Assembly (NCBI GenBank): GCA_030141605.1
Contig: JAQGDQ010000109.1
Coordinates: 186,001 to 250,000, forward strand
DNA: 64,000 bases
Direction of reading: 5' to 3'
From: Tubiluchus corallicola
Taxonomy: Eukaryota > Animalia > Priapulida
How positions within the stretch are numbered: the first letter of the stretch is position 1; each line of letters starts with the position of its first letter. The position numbers and the translations under genes were made by a program. The notes beneath the pieces were generated by a model that saw nothing but the letters and a program-made list of their open reading frames with translations, searched no databases and was not told where the DNA came from. Shown one piece after another: positions 51,901-64,000 of this stretch.

Positions 51901-52661
51901 TAAAGTTATTCAAGGTATGATGAGTTACCCTAACCCTAACCCCAATTTTTTAAAGCCCAGGTTAGCGCTAACCCACACATAAGTACCTTAGATACTTATG
52001 AAGGAAAATAAAATTTAACTCAAATATCTAAGAGGAGCCGAATGACAATCGAAAAGCTCACCGATATCTAAGGTCCTTTACTCTTTGACCAAGATTAACG
52101 TTAACTACACCATTTTCAAGGTCCCTACCATGGCATACCTTGTGGATTTGCCACTCTGTCTGCTTCAGTTTCGAAGTTGTTCAGTGTTTTAATTTTAACT
52201 AACTTATGTCCTGTATGTTTGACCGTTTGACAAACTGTCTTACATCGGATGTCTACCTCGCAAGTTTGACGTTTTTGTACTTTGCATACTACGGTTTTGG
52301 AGTTGTGCAATGTTATTATTTGAACTGACCTATGTCCTGTGTATCCTTGACCTTTTGATCGATGTCACTGTTCACGATACCTTTGTCGGTACCTCTATAC
52401 TCCAGGGCATATCCCAGTTTTTTAAAAGGTACACAATACCCGTTTCACAATATCTAAATACTTCTGAAAAAATTTGAAAGAAAAGTCCTACGATGAGTTG
52501 AATTGCAATAAAAAACGGACCAGTGTCTAGTGTCCCTGACTCTTTGCCTGAGTTTAGCGTTCACCATATCAAGGCCCTACTCTGGGTGTCTACCTTGCAA
52601 GTTGTGACTATATCCACTTGTGAGTGGCATCTTAAGAGAACTAATTGTCTAGAAAATAATA

Positions 52662-52751
<90 letters not shown>
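52662..52751. repeat. Perfect (ATG)30 microsatellite
   Basis: Uninterrupted ATG/GAT run; accounts for the poly-D/M/S/I ORFs in the track. Confidence 0.97.
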
Positions 52752-52753
<2 letters not shown>

Positions 52754-55700
52754 ACATTCATCAGCATATGAGTTCTCGCGAATCAATTTGATGCCGCAGT
52801 CGGAAAATAAACAGTCAGAAATTAAATTTGTGATAACGGTCTTCTTTGACGGCAATTACTGTTATAGATTTAAAACTATAAGCCCGTTTTCATTTGATAT
52901 ATATGTATATAAGCGCCTTGTGTCAATGTAAGCAATTTTAGCTTGAGCTAAGAAATTGGCCTAATAATATTGCTAATTTCCCTAGTATATAATTTATTGT
53001 ATAGTATAGCACCACAATGCCTTTCAACTTAATAACGCGATAACCAAGTCACGAAGATTGTGTACCTGTAATTAACGAGAATAATCATTTTTGCTTCGTG
53101 TTCTGATTGGCTGATCGCTCGCGAGGTATACATGAATCCAGGCAAGTAATCGGCACTGATCAGAAAAACTTTCCAAACGTTTTAATGGCTCCATATTATA
53201 TAACGGCGATAAATTTGAGTAGGTCTATAACGCAGCGAAATTATTGTCGTGCAGCAAGAATGTGTGAATACGTACTTATTTTTCAGATTTCAACAATAAT
53301 ATTACCGTTTACTGTTTTGTGTAGCCAATGGTCAGTTTTGCATAATTGTAATAAATAAACAAACGGTTCTAATCAGTATGCAATATAACAAATAGAAAAA
53401 GACCTAAAATAAAGTCAATAGCTTTTCGCAAAAAAGCAATTTAATTATCTAAAGTTCCACCTAGACCATTGCATGCCTGGCCGATATTTTCTGGGTAAAT
53501 AAAGAACTCAACTTGTAAATTTATTCAGGTTCTCCTACTTATTACAGAATGATGAATAATAAATCATCAGGGCAGCGGTAGTGTTTGGAGTACTTTTGGC
53601 ATAATTACCTCGCCATGGTGACGTATTGATTAATCAAAATGACGTAAATAAATGGCTTCGCGTAAGTTTTAATAACTTTGTCCTTGGTTAGAACGGGTAG
53701 TTCAACAACGAGTATGCATTGTGTGCTACGTATTAACATAGATAACGAAGAGTTTGTGCAAGTTTGTCGATTTTTACCCAACTTTATTACTCCTTAATGA
53801 TTTCAGTAATGTAAGCTAAGCAGTAAAGTCTTCAAAGAAGTCGGTACCAAAGAATATACACTTCTCTTTTTCTCAAACAGATATATTACACTTTAAACGG
53901 AAGATTGATATATAACTTGACATTGTGTACGAAAAAAAGTGTATCCGGATGCGAATATACCATAAACTACGTATTAGTGACCGTTTTTACGTAAGCAGAC
54001 AAATAAGCAAACAAGAATTAACGATGGTAAGCAAATTACCAAGTTACAACTCTTAACAATTAACCAATGGCGGTAAGTAGCCGACTAATCATCAGCCGTC
54101 TAACCAAACAACCAACCCCAATCATTTAATCGCCCACCCAAGCAACCACAAATTGACCGCCATTTGGTTTAGCCAACCAGCCAGGAAGATAATAATTGCT
54201 GCTAATAGTTGAGCAAGCAACCGAGTAGCAAGCAAACAAACGAACGTTAACGAACAAAAAAGAAATAGGTGAGTGATTTTTAATTCTAGAGGTAATTACT
54301 ACTTTTTCTAATTTTTTATTGTTATTAATATTAAATAAGTATTGTTCATCTAGTACGTTTATTAGCGGTAACCAACTGAATTTGCCTGCGCATGCGTACA
54401 TTACAGCGAACACTTGTCAGGTAGAATATGAAATCCAAGCAGTTCAACTTGTGGTGAATAAGTGAGTTTGTTGTGTTGAAACTACAGCATCCGGAGGCGA
54501 GAACGACATAAGGTAAAATTGATACAAAACTTTTAGAAATGTTTGGGCTAAAACATAGTTTTTTGTTAAATTAATAATTTTATTTTAATTATTTTATTTG
54601 CGTAAACTTGTGCCTGGCTGACTTTACACACGGCTATAATATTATTAATAATCAGTCTGACTCAGTTGTGTCTACTATATGGATGAAGATTATTACGTTA
54701 AAAACGGCAACAGTGAAGGCTCTAAGCAGTGTTCACAATGCCACATAGAAACATATATAACTTACACATATATTTTCACAACTACAGTTACTGAAAAAAA
54801 ATTATTTAGAAAGGAGAACAAGCAAACGAATGAGTAAAGAAATAAGCGAACGTTCTGACTGAACGAACGAAAAAATATACGTAATAAACAAGAAAAAGAA
54901 CGAGGAAACAGACTTTGCCATACTTTTTATGTAAGCTCAGTTTGTTTAACATTATGCAGCTGCGGTATTGTGGTATTTACTACAGCAGCTTATAAGCACG
55001 ATGGAGCACAGCAAAACGTGATTCATGTTTTGTCTGCAACGCGCGCATTGAAAACAGCCTCTCTGATTTTTATTATTATGGAAACTCCGATTCAACTGCA
55101 ATGCAGTCGTTAGCTTTGAAGAAATGTCTAAGTTTGATTATCAAAATTAGGAGATCTGGAGTGAAATTTTCTCGTGCTCTGAGGTAAGAACCGCTTATGC
55201 AGCACATGGCCTCATCATAGGACCTTCAATTATGAGAACATCTGTTTCTATTTTAAAATTTAAACAGCTTCTGGGAAATTCAGTGTTACAGAATTATCGT
55301 AAAAACGCTTTGGCAGCTTTTTGTGTAGAGGAAGTGCTTCTGGTGACCTTTATAGGCAGCGAAAAGTGGCATTTAAGTTTGAGATTTAAGCAGTATGCAC
55401 ATTAATGTAATTAATAGACCGCTTACAAAATAAAGTTCGAAAGAGCTTACTGTATTTTAGAATATTTTAGAAATAACAAATTAGAAATTGTTAAGAAATT
55501 AGAGGAGCTAAAATAGGAAAGCTGCTTTACAAGTTATTCTTCAATACCTGGAAAACATACATTTTAGGCCACTAAAATGACATCTCTTAGTATCCAGACA
55601 GTCTAAAGTAACGATTATTATAGAATTATTAGAAATATAGAATGTATAAAGAAGTTATGGATTCCCATGCGTAAGTTCACTATTGAATGCTCATGGTTAA

Positions 55701-56377
55701 TCATGATTACCAGTTATGCATAAATTCGTGACATAATATTCATGCTAATATTAAATTTTATTTTATGCCTAAGTTCATATGCAGAAAGATTTATCGTCTG
55801 TACATAGGCTAGCGTTAAAAATAAAAACACAAATGTGAAGCCCAAGATAGCGTCACTAACAAGGCCGCAAACTTTTGCTTTATCAGTTTCTCAGTGGAAT
55901 GAATGATACCGCTAAGCAGTCAATTTGGAAACATATATTAAAACAGGAGGTGAAACAGAAAAAGAGTAAGGACTTAGTCGATAGTCCTATGTCAGTTGTC
56001 GTTAAACTATGATAGATGATAATGAAAAAGCGAATTTTAAACTTGGCATCAACAACAATAGTTTGTTTCATCCAGGATTGTGGGGCAGCAAAAACAAATG
56101 AAGTGCAAGTAAGCGTTAGGGGTTACCTTAAATGTAACGAAGATACACATGTGGATTAGTGAAATGATTATTACGCATTTCGGTATTCTGCCAGCCGAGA
56201 TGCAACATTCAAGTCTACATAATGTACCAAGGTTTGTGCAACCAGCTATTTAACAGTTGGTTGCAGGCAGTGGGACCAGCACATTCCATTACCTAAGATT
56301 GGACACTGAATTGTGTAAATGTGTCCTCCCTCACTGAAGTAAATCCGGGGCAGGACGGCAGTTGAAACCGCTCAGAA

Positions 56378-56425
56378 GTAGTTTTCCTGGTGGTCGCCCA
56401 TCCAATTATGGATCAGGATCGGCGT
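56378..56425 (-). repeat. 5S rRNA-derived fragment (SINE3-like head or pseudogene relic)
   Basis: Minus strand reads GCCGATCCTGATCCATAATTGGATGGGCGACCACCAGGAAAACTAC, resembling the 5S 3' half with its C-box (TACTTGGATGGGAGACCGCCTGGGAATAC). Confidence 0.45.
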
Positions 56426-57418
56426 TAGTGGACTGACCGCTCCGCTGTTTGTGCCCGTGTGACTGCCTTCATAGTTACGTAACTAAAAACTAGTTAAAAG
56501 GATCAGAAACTGATTTTCAATACCACGGCCCTTGGAGGCCGCTCGACAAAAAACCTGAGATAAGGAGAGCCTTTAAAAAGTAATTAATTATACAGAGAAA
56601 CTGCTACGACCCAGCCGGAATTTGAGAGTTGTCGTTTCTCGGTGCAAGTGAAATCACAGAAGAAATTCTTTATAGCGAACTTGTATCGCTGCGCGATCAC
56701 GTCATCTTGAAACATTCTTCTTGCGATTATGGATTTGTCTTGATGTTGTCGGTTTCTAGTAGCCTTCTAATACAACATCTGATCGGCTCTGACGATCGTG
56801 CAAAATTTTAACTGCTGAATATTTAATAGGGCGTTTACTCATGCATGGCTAAACCTTTCAACTAACCTCGAAGACTTTATATTATATTTCACAATTCCTC
56901 GCATGAAGGAACCGTATCAATGGAGGTTTTTGGTCAATAGTGAAGCCAAATTAGACTGAAATGAAATTTCAGAGTAAATCGTCACAAAACCTGCATATCT
57001 CCAGCGTGGTAATTCACTTTCTCGCTTGTGTATCCGGTCACATTCCATAAAATACATGACTAAATATCTTTTATGTAATCAGTTAACATAGACAGTGCAA
57101 TATGAAAAGCTCTGATAAAATAAAATTAAACTGTGTTCGTCTACGTGTTTTCTTCATCATTTTTTTCTCCATTAAGTGGGAGGGCACACATAATCATCAA
57201 GAACCAACAAGGTAGGCCAGATTAAGCAAGCTTTGTGCCAAACAAATTTTAATCTAGTACTTGTTACTTGTATCAGAAAAGCAGCACATACCTGAAATGA
57301 TCTAACAGAAAAATTGGATTACCTAAGTTATCAAAGGCTGATTGCGTAAAAATGTCTAATTGTGAGTAAAATAATACCAATGGGTTACCCGTTTATTGAA
57401 TTTTTTGCCTAATTACCT

Positions 57419-57680
57419 GGTCATTTAGACCACCATTTATTGGTGCCGTGAATGCCTTTTTTTCGTGAATACGTCATTTAGAACGCTATTTATCGTTGCC
57501 ATGTAACCCTTTTTCGTAAAGAATTAGAGTACAGAATAATTCTGTCGTGACGTTACAATATAGAAACTGGCTACAGGCTTATTACACGAAAAACAATAAG
57601 AATGAGAAGGAGATCTACTTCACAACGAAATAAACCTCTTTGTAGAGATACTTTGCAGTTTGCAAGCGAGCAACCAAAAG
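57419..57680 (+). repeat. Dispersed repeat, diverged copy 2 (copy 1 at about 40170-40410)
   Basis: Same blocks in the same order as copy 1. Confidence 0.6.
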
Positions 57681-58265
57681 AGAAAGCGTTTCGAAATTGG
57701 TTGATTTCACCTCAGTTGTAAACTATTAAAGTTTTTAAATAAATGCATTCATATTCTATATAATGAAATCCAGTTGAGAAAGAATCATTTTAGACACTAC
57801 TTTTTAACAGGTTGTGCTGTTTGTCAAAATAATGACGGAAAATAGATTGTTTTGTGTAGAATGTTGTCTTGCGCGTTGGCAATATATAAAATCAGCCAAT
57901 ATAGATGAACTTCATAGTAAACGTCAGTTTTCTAACAAATTCTGCAATTCGTCAAAACATTATCTGTCACGTGACAGAAAATAGTCGATATGATTTTCAC
58001 AGTAAGTAACTTAGACATCACGTACAGTAGGCGTATATACTGCGTCTGTGCGTATGTATGTATAAAATGTAGTTAGTAATAATTCATATAATTTGAAATT
58101 CTTGTTGGTGTGTAATAAAACGAATAGTGCCTAGTTTTTCCAAGAAACAGTGCGTTTTCTACCTCGAGATTACCTGTTCATCTTCGGATATATAACTACG
58201 TACAATGTTCATTGAACCATAATTACAAAAATTTAAAAGCACGGCAACAGCAAAAAAAAACGAAT

Positions 58266-58429
58266 CCAGGTAAAAAGTCACAGCAAAAAAGAAATAACCC
58301 TAACCCTAACCATAACCCTAACCCTAACTCCTATCCCTAACTCTGACACTGGCCAAAATTAATTGTGGCTTTTTCCTAGCCGAAATCGGGATCTTTTTCA
58401 TGACTTTTTTCTTCTGACTTTATTACCGG
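58266..58429. mobile_element. Short element with imperfect inverted ends and internal (CCCTAA)n-like repeats, possibly Helentron-associated
   Basis: GGTAAAAAGTCACAG at 58269 and CTGACTTTATTACC at 58414 are imperfect inverted repeats enclosing about 7 degenerate TAACCC units. Confidence 0.5.
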
Positions 58430-59778
58430 TCTCCAAAAACCATGACGGATTAAATCAACAGAGAAACATTTACGGGAGACAAGATCCCCTTACACAAGGG
58501 CCTAATATTATTAGGCTAGCAGCACTATTGTGTTACTAGTGATAATCCCTTTAGGTCATAGACAGCCTGTTGCTTTCAAACTAAGCATTACATGTACATG
58601 TATAAGCCTACTTAATTCAAACATTTCGAATCAACTGTTTTGCAACTGATGCTGGGATCCTCCCAGCGATCACTCATAACAATCCAGCCTGCAAATTAAA
58701 ATCATAAAAGTTATAAGGAATTTTGTAAACGTTGGTTATGACGTTGAAATGTTTGTAAGCAGTTAAAAGAATGCACAGATTTTTAATTACTATGTTCACT
58801 TATCTTCACAAGAACAATCAAAAATGTCTGGCAGCATCACATGCTTCACTAGCAGACAAACTAAATACATGATAATAAAAAATCAGCAGCTTTACAACAC
58901 CTTGAGAGTTCCAAACCTTCTGTTGATCGATGTGCTGATGATAGTGACATTATTTGACTGCACAACATCGGAAAGTTTATTTAATCTATTAAAAACCAAG
59001 TGTTGAACAAAAATATGAAATGTTATCTGTTGGAATTGTTAAATAACAATTGAGTCTTTCCCGTTTGGATTTCTTTCATTGTATCGATCTAGAATGTTTT
59101 TGGTTTAAATTTTTAATAGTTTATTAATGAGTAGACAATTGTAGGATTAAGTGTTTAGACAGAGCATAGTGGATGACGTCATAATGATCTCAAGGATCAT
59201 AATTATAGCTTTCTTAGTGTTAATCGCAAAAAAAGAATGTGGAACTTTCCTATTCTTCTGGGCTCTTGTGAAGGTGTCTATATAAAAGAAGTCCACTTCG
59301 TCTATATAACCTTGTTCTTTACAAAGAGCCATGAAATTTTTTGTAAGCCCTCTGCGAAGGACCTGTACAATGGCTTTTTTGTGTGTATAGAGTTTGACGC
59401 GTTTCTAGTCCTTCGTAATTGTCTTGGAGGGAATTCCATAGCTCTTTGGAAAAAGTAAAAATTGTGTTACAAGGAACTGTCTTGTTTAGAAATTACTTCA
59501 GCCAAGCCAGATAACTAAGACGCACATGCACTTCTGAGATTGATAAATTTGATTATTGGTTATCCTCGGTCATATCATAAGAACTTATTATGTGAATGTA
59601 AATAAGACCTGCAATGTGTGCATGAGAATGTGCGAATTATGGGATTCATATAAATTATTGGTCATATTTAAAAGAAATAGTCAATTAGCTTTGGATTTGC
59701 AAGTCTACAGTGAAAGTAAAAAGTTTCGTACCGCGTACCCAAATGAATCTAATGACTACACATTTGTTTGTGTGTGAC

Positions 59779-60741
59779 ATGTCGTTCTTGTTTCACGCAT
59801 GCCTGATTGCACGTATCCTAGCTTCTACAGTGAATATAAGTTCATTTGACAAATTTGTAAGAGTACTGACTCCTGAAAATATAAGTGAAAATGGTAAGGC
59901 AAGAATTAGTGGTGGAACAGAAGTTGCTGGAAGGGAATTTCCGTTCATAATTGGGATTCTTTTTAAACAAGGTGGGGGTTTTTGTGGAGGATCTCTCATT
60001 GATAACCTATGGGTATTAACTGCAGCTCATTGTCTTCATGATGTCGAGAAACCGGGAAAACACCTAAATATATATCTCGGAAGTAACATTAAATATGAGC
60101 CACTAGTAGCTCGTTATATTTACTGGTATAAGATTCATCCAATGTTCAACATGAGTAACAGAGAATGGTGGAACCATGACATTGCTCTTGTGCGAATGAA
60201 CGAGTCTGTAGAGTTTACCAATGAAATTAAACCTGCTACAATGCCTGCTCGTGCCAAATATACCTTCATTGATGAAGAGGTCACCATCACAGGATGGGGA
60301 CGTCGAGAGTCACCACCATTTGTCCAACGTCGTTTGATGAAGGCGTTGTTAAGAGTTTCCACTGAAGGTGATTGTTATTTGTTTAACAAGACGCTTTTTT
60401 TCTGCGCACATCATCCATTTAGGAGGAGTACTCCAGGTGATTCAGGTGGACCCATGATATTAACCAAAACAGGAGAGTTGATTGGTGTTATTAGCAGCGG
60501 CACGGGCTACTGCGATCCCTCGACAGGACATTGCTATGGTACTAATGAAACTGTGAATTCTGCTGTAAACATTTCTCATTATTTAGAGTGGATTGATTAT
60601 GAACGTTCAAAATTCGAGAACGAATCTGCATCTGTCACAGTTACATCTGTGCCTGACACTGCTCCAGTACAAGGCATGACGATGATAACTTGTATGATTA
60701 CTCTCTCTTCTGGATTGTCTTTCACTGGCGTTTACTTCTGA
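59779..60741 (+). CDS. Intronless S1A (chymotrypsin-fold) serine protease with signal peptide, R|ISGG activation site and hydrophobic C-terminal tail
   Basis: Single ORF with CGGSLI, LTAAHC, HDIALV, TGWG and GDSGGP. The ATG at 59779 precedes the hydrophobic MSFLFHACLIARILAS; in-frame ATGs at 59743 and 59752 are alternative starts. Confidence 0.9.
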   Translation: MSFLFHACLIARILASTVNISSFDKFVRVLTPENISENGKARISGGTEVAGREFPFIIGILFKQGGGFCGGSLIDNLWVLTAAHCLHDVEKPGKHLNIYLGSNIKYEPLVARYIYWYKIHPMFNMSNREWWNHDIALVRMNESVEFTNEIKPATMPARAKYTFIDEEVTITGWGRRESPPFVQRRLMKALLRVSTEGDCYLFNKTLFFCAHHPFRRSTPGDSGGPMILTKTGELIGVISSGTGYCDPSTGHCYGTNETVNSAVNISHYLEWIDYERSKFENESASVTVTSVPDTAPVQGMTMITCMITLSSGLSFTGVYF

Positions 60742-60887
60742 AATGACAGGCAAATTAAAAGAAAATATGTGCTTTGTATTACCTTCTTTATATTACCTCT
60801 TATATTTTGCTTTTAATACCAATTTGAGAAGTTTTTCACACATTTTTTTCAAGCTCACATTCACTATCGTTATCATCATCGTTTATG

Positions 60888-60905
60888 CACACACACGCAC
60901 GCACG

Positions 60906-60995
<90 letters not shown>
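60888..60995. repeat. (CA)n microsatellite
   Basis: Long CA run with a CACG lead-in, about 150 bp downstream of the protease stop codon. Confidence 0.97.
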
Positions 60996-60997
<2 letters not shown>

Positions 60998-61755
60998 GGA
61001 TTTAAACGTTTTTTTTTCAGAAAATATACTGTACATACGTTTATCAAGACTTTATCATTAGTTATTTTATCCTTGATTAGCAAAGTAAGTGTTAGAGTTG
61101 CCATTTTCAAATGATTGATAAATATGAAATGAAAAGGAAATGTGCCCACTGTGGCGAAACAGTTTATGCATTCCTACGAATACTAAAATTTTCGTGATAT
61201 AAAATGTGAACATTTCATTGTTCTGTCTTAGTTTTAAGGCTCTGAATATAATTTTGGCCGCAGATACTGCACAATTTTACGTTAGCCAATTAAATTTCTC
61301 TTATTACTGTCACGAATCGTGCTGTCCATTAAAGCTGCTTAAAGCTAATTTGGCAGAGAAAATTCTAGCAACTTACGTTTGACTGCATTCGTTTCATTTA
61401 CAATAATTTTTCGTGGATGTACGTGGCATATCAAAAGTATCTCTTAAAAATCTTTTTAAGTTTAGGTGTTGCTGATCACTTTATAAGCCTTATTACCACA
61501 AGAAGCGAAAAACTTGCATCCTTTAACAGATGCGCACTTACTAATCTTATAATCTTATCAATCCTATTTGCCTGTATGTTTGTATAACACCCTCTTGCGG
61601 CTAGAACCGCTGACTGAAGTTGAAGGTGTCTGTAAAAACCTAATTACTCTTACACAAACTGCGAGTATTAAGGCTTAATGATGGTCTAGCGTGTTCATGC
61701 TTACGTTACGTAAACTTGTATCACATTCTATAAAAATTCCTATTTTATAGAAACA

Positions 61756-61979
<224 letters not shown>

Positions 61980-64000
61980 TGAGAAATAAAGAGAAAAAGT
62001 GAAGGCGCGTGATGTGCAAATAAAACAAAAAGATTGACTAACTTATAAACATGCAGAAGTGAATTGTTTTAATGTCAGAATAAAACGTGAAATTGAATTT
62101 AGGATGAAATAAAATTTGCGAACAATGAGTATGATGCACCTTGGAGCCTGAGACTTGCACAGAACAAAACTGGTTGAAATACAAAAGCAAAAAAAGTTAT
62201 TTAAATTTTGAAGCACGCAACAACGCGTGTAACTTTAGATGCATCTAGATTATAAATGAATGCCTCCAAAAGAATAAAAGTTTGGTCAAATATTCTTGGA
62301 CAGTGTATAACGCTCTCCTAGGTACCTACTTGAAACTTCTGGCATCTGTATACTTATACTGGTCAGAGTACGTCAAATTCCACACCCTCTCCCCTTCAAA
62401 TTGGTATAGACCAACTATTACTCCTCTTTCCAGAATCCTGCTAGTACTCGTGCCTTTCTAGTCATAAAAACCGTAATTTTGAAAGCCATGAAGTTGTTGA
62501 TATGGTTTATACGTGTAAGAAAACTCTCTTACAAGGAGCCAAGTCGTTAAAGTTATTATAGGGCTGTTATCGATGTCTATAGCTCTATACAGTTAAACGT
62601 GTCCTAATATAAAATGCCGGTGCAAACTAAAAACGGGTTTTTCGGAGACTGATTTCAATTGAAGTTGGAGTCAAATATTCACCTGGGACTTTGGGAGCGG
62701 GAGCAGGTGTTGTTACAGCAGCGTATCTTTCACCTGCAGCAGCAGCAACAGCAGCAAAGTAAACCAAGCGCTTGTTAATTGATTATATTTACAAGTTGAA
62801 GCGGTTTTTGACTTTTACATCTTGACGTTTGTAATACTTTTTACTCGTTACACAACCTTTCAATTTTCTTTCTTACACTTCGGCCTTCTGTAAGTTGGAG
62901 GTAAGTACCTAATTGTGCTTCCTTTATGTAGGTATTGTATGGCGAGACCAAAACCTATTTATAATCAAAGATACGCTTTCAAGATTGCAAACTTGGCCAA
63001 CAAATGTGCCTCACCCTTTGCCTGACTTTTGGCCGAGAAGGACGCAGTTACCTCTCGGCTATTCATCACTCAGCCATACACTGTGCTATGCATTTGTTGC
63101 TGTTGTTGTCGCTGTTGCCATGCTTGTCGCGATAATGCTGGTACTGACGACACATGCAGTAACGGATGGTAGCGTTAGTTTGACCGTAATAGTGGCTGTG
63201 GTATGCCTCTTTTTAACGTTCTTGTTTTTTGTTGTAAATAAGTTTATATTACTTTTACACTGTTATTACAGACCTGTCTAATTTGGCAGCTCGCACGTTA
63301 TGTGAGAATGAAATAAATTTTGAATTATAAGCAAAACTATGGTATAGCTATAAAAAATATAAGTGGCAGTGGTAACAGTAAACGGCAACTGCATTGACCA
63401 CCATCGCCACCAACATCATTATTTAAGATTAGCAGTAAATTTGTTTTCTTGACCACAAAATAATTATCCCTTTAAAACATTCAAAAATGTCGAAAATGCA
63501 GTAAAACAATTAGTACATATTACTAGCTACCGAGTTCAAAGGGTCATGACCCAACATATGCAATGAAGCCAGGAAGTGTGTTAACAAGGCAATAGAGCAG
63601 TAAATTAGCAAAATTTTTCTATAAATTAATTGACTACAACGTTATGGAGGAACCCGTTTTAAAACATCTGAATGTCTTGGAAAACACTTGGGAATAAAGG
63701 ATTCTTAGAACATCAAAAAATGGATGCTTTTGACGTACTTTAACCTTAACCCTTTTTAGGGATCTGCGCCAGCGTTAACAGCTTTACCACTGCTTCTTCA
63801 ATACCCTTCCCGACTGGGAAAGAAGGGATTTAGTTACAGCTGCAAAAAATTGAGAACACATTGAGAAAACAAATTTATTTAGCAAACAGTATCAGTTTTA
63901 TGCAATAATGCGATGAATAACACAACTGACGCGGCCGTAAGCTGATGGGTGGGAGCACTGGGAGGTAGTTTAACGTTAGAAGTGTGAATCCCAAGAAGTA

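Noticed and set aside
52523-52931. ORFs with poly-D, poly-M, poly-S or poly-I, and similar HT/CV/LS/GWDGM-repeat ORFs elsewhere
   Set aside because: They are translations of microsatellites.
49000-59700. Many short ORFs in the 10-kb gap between PLA2G15 and the protease
   Set aside because: No homology motifs and no consistent exon chain; the region appears to be repeat-rich intergenic DNA.
62901-63281. Consensus-looking 31-nt GTAAGT...TAG mini-intron followed by a 122-aa hydrophobic ORF
   Set aside because: There is an in-frame stop just upstream of the donor, no recognisable homology, and the hydrophobic stretch comes from GTT/GCT-rich low-complexity sequence. The shortest supported intron in the window is 167 nt.
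63928-64000. tRNA-like or SINE-head-like sequence at the window end (similar case at about 22880-22950)
   Set aside because: No cloverleaf and only a degenerate B-box; not a tRNA gene.

Overview
AT-rich, intron-rich genomic DNA of an invertebrate animal (probably a lophotrochozoan; this is an impression, not demonstrated). Splicing GT-AG exons by hand gives six protein-coding genes. (1) Exon 1 of a TASK-type two-pore K+ channel (minus strand; the rest lies left of the window). (2) A 7-exon Pur-alpha. (3) A 4-exon STELLO/DUF288-like type II membrane glycosyltransferase-like protein. (4) A 17-exon secreted neutral ceramidase. (5) A 6-exon lysosomal phospholipase A2 (group XV, minus strand, convergent with the ceramidase). 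(6) An intronless S1A serine protease with an atypical specificity pocket. The main finding is a pair of tandemly duplicated 82-nt exons (37466-37547 and 38088-38169) in the ceramidase; including both or skipping both creates a premature stop within a few codons, so they look like mutually exclusive exons giving two variants of the conserved GYSFAAGxxDG segment. Introns and intergenic DNA hold hAT- and Harbinger-like MITEs, BEL/Pao and RLE-LINE relics, (CCCTAA)n-containing elements, 5S-like fragments and microsatellites. No rRNA or tRNA genes and no CRISPR arrays were found.
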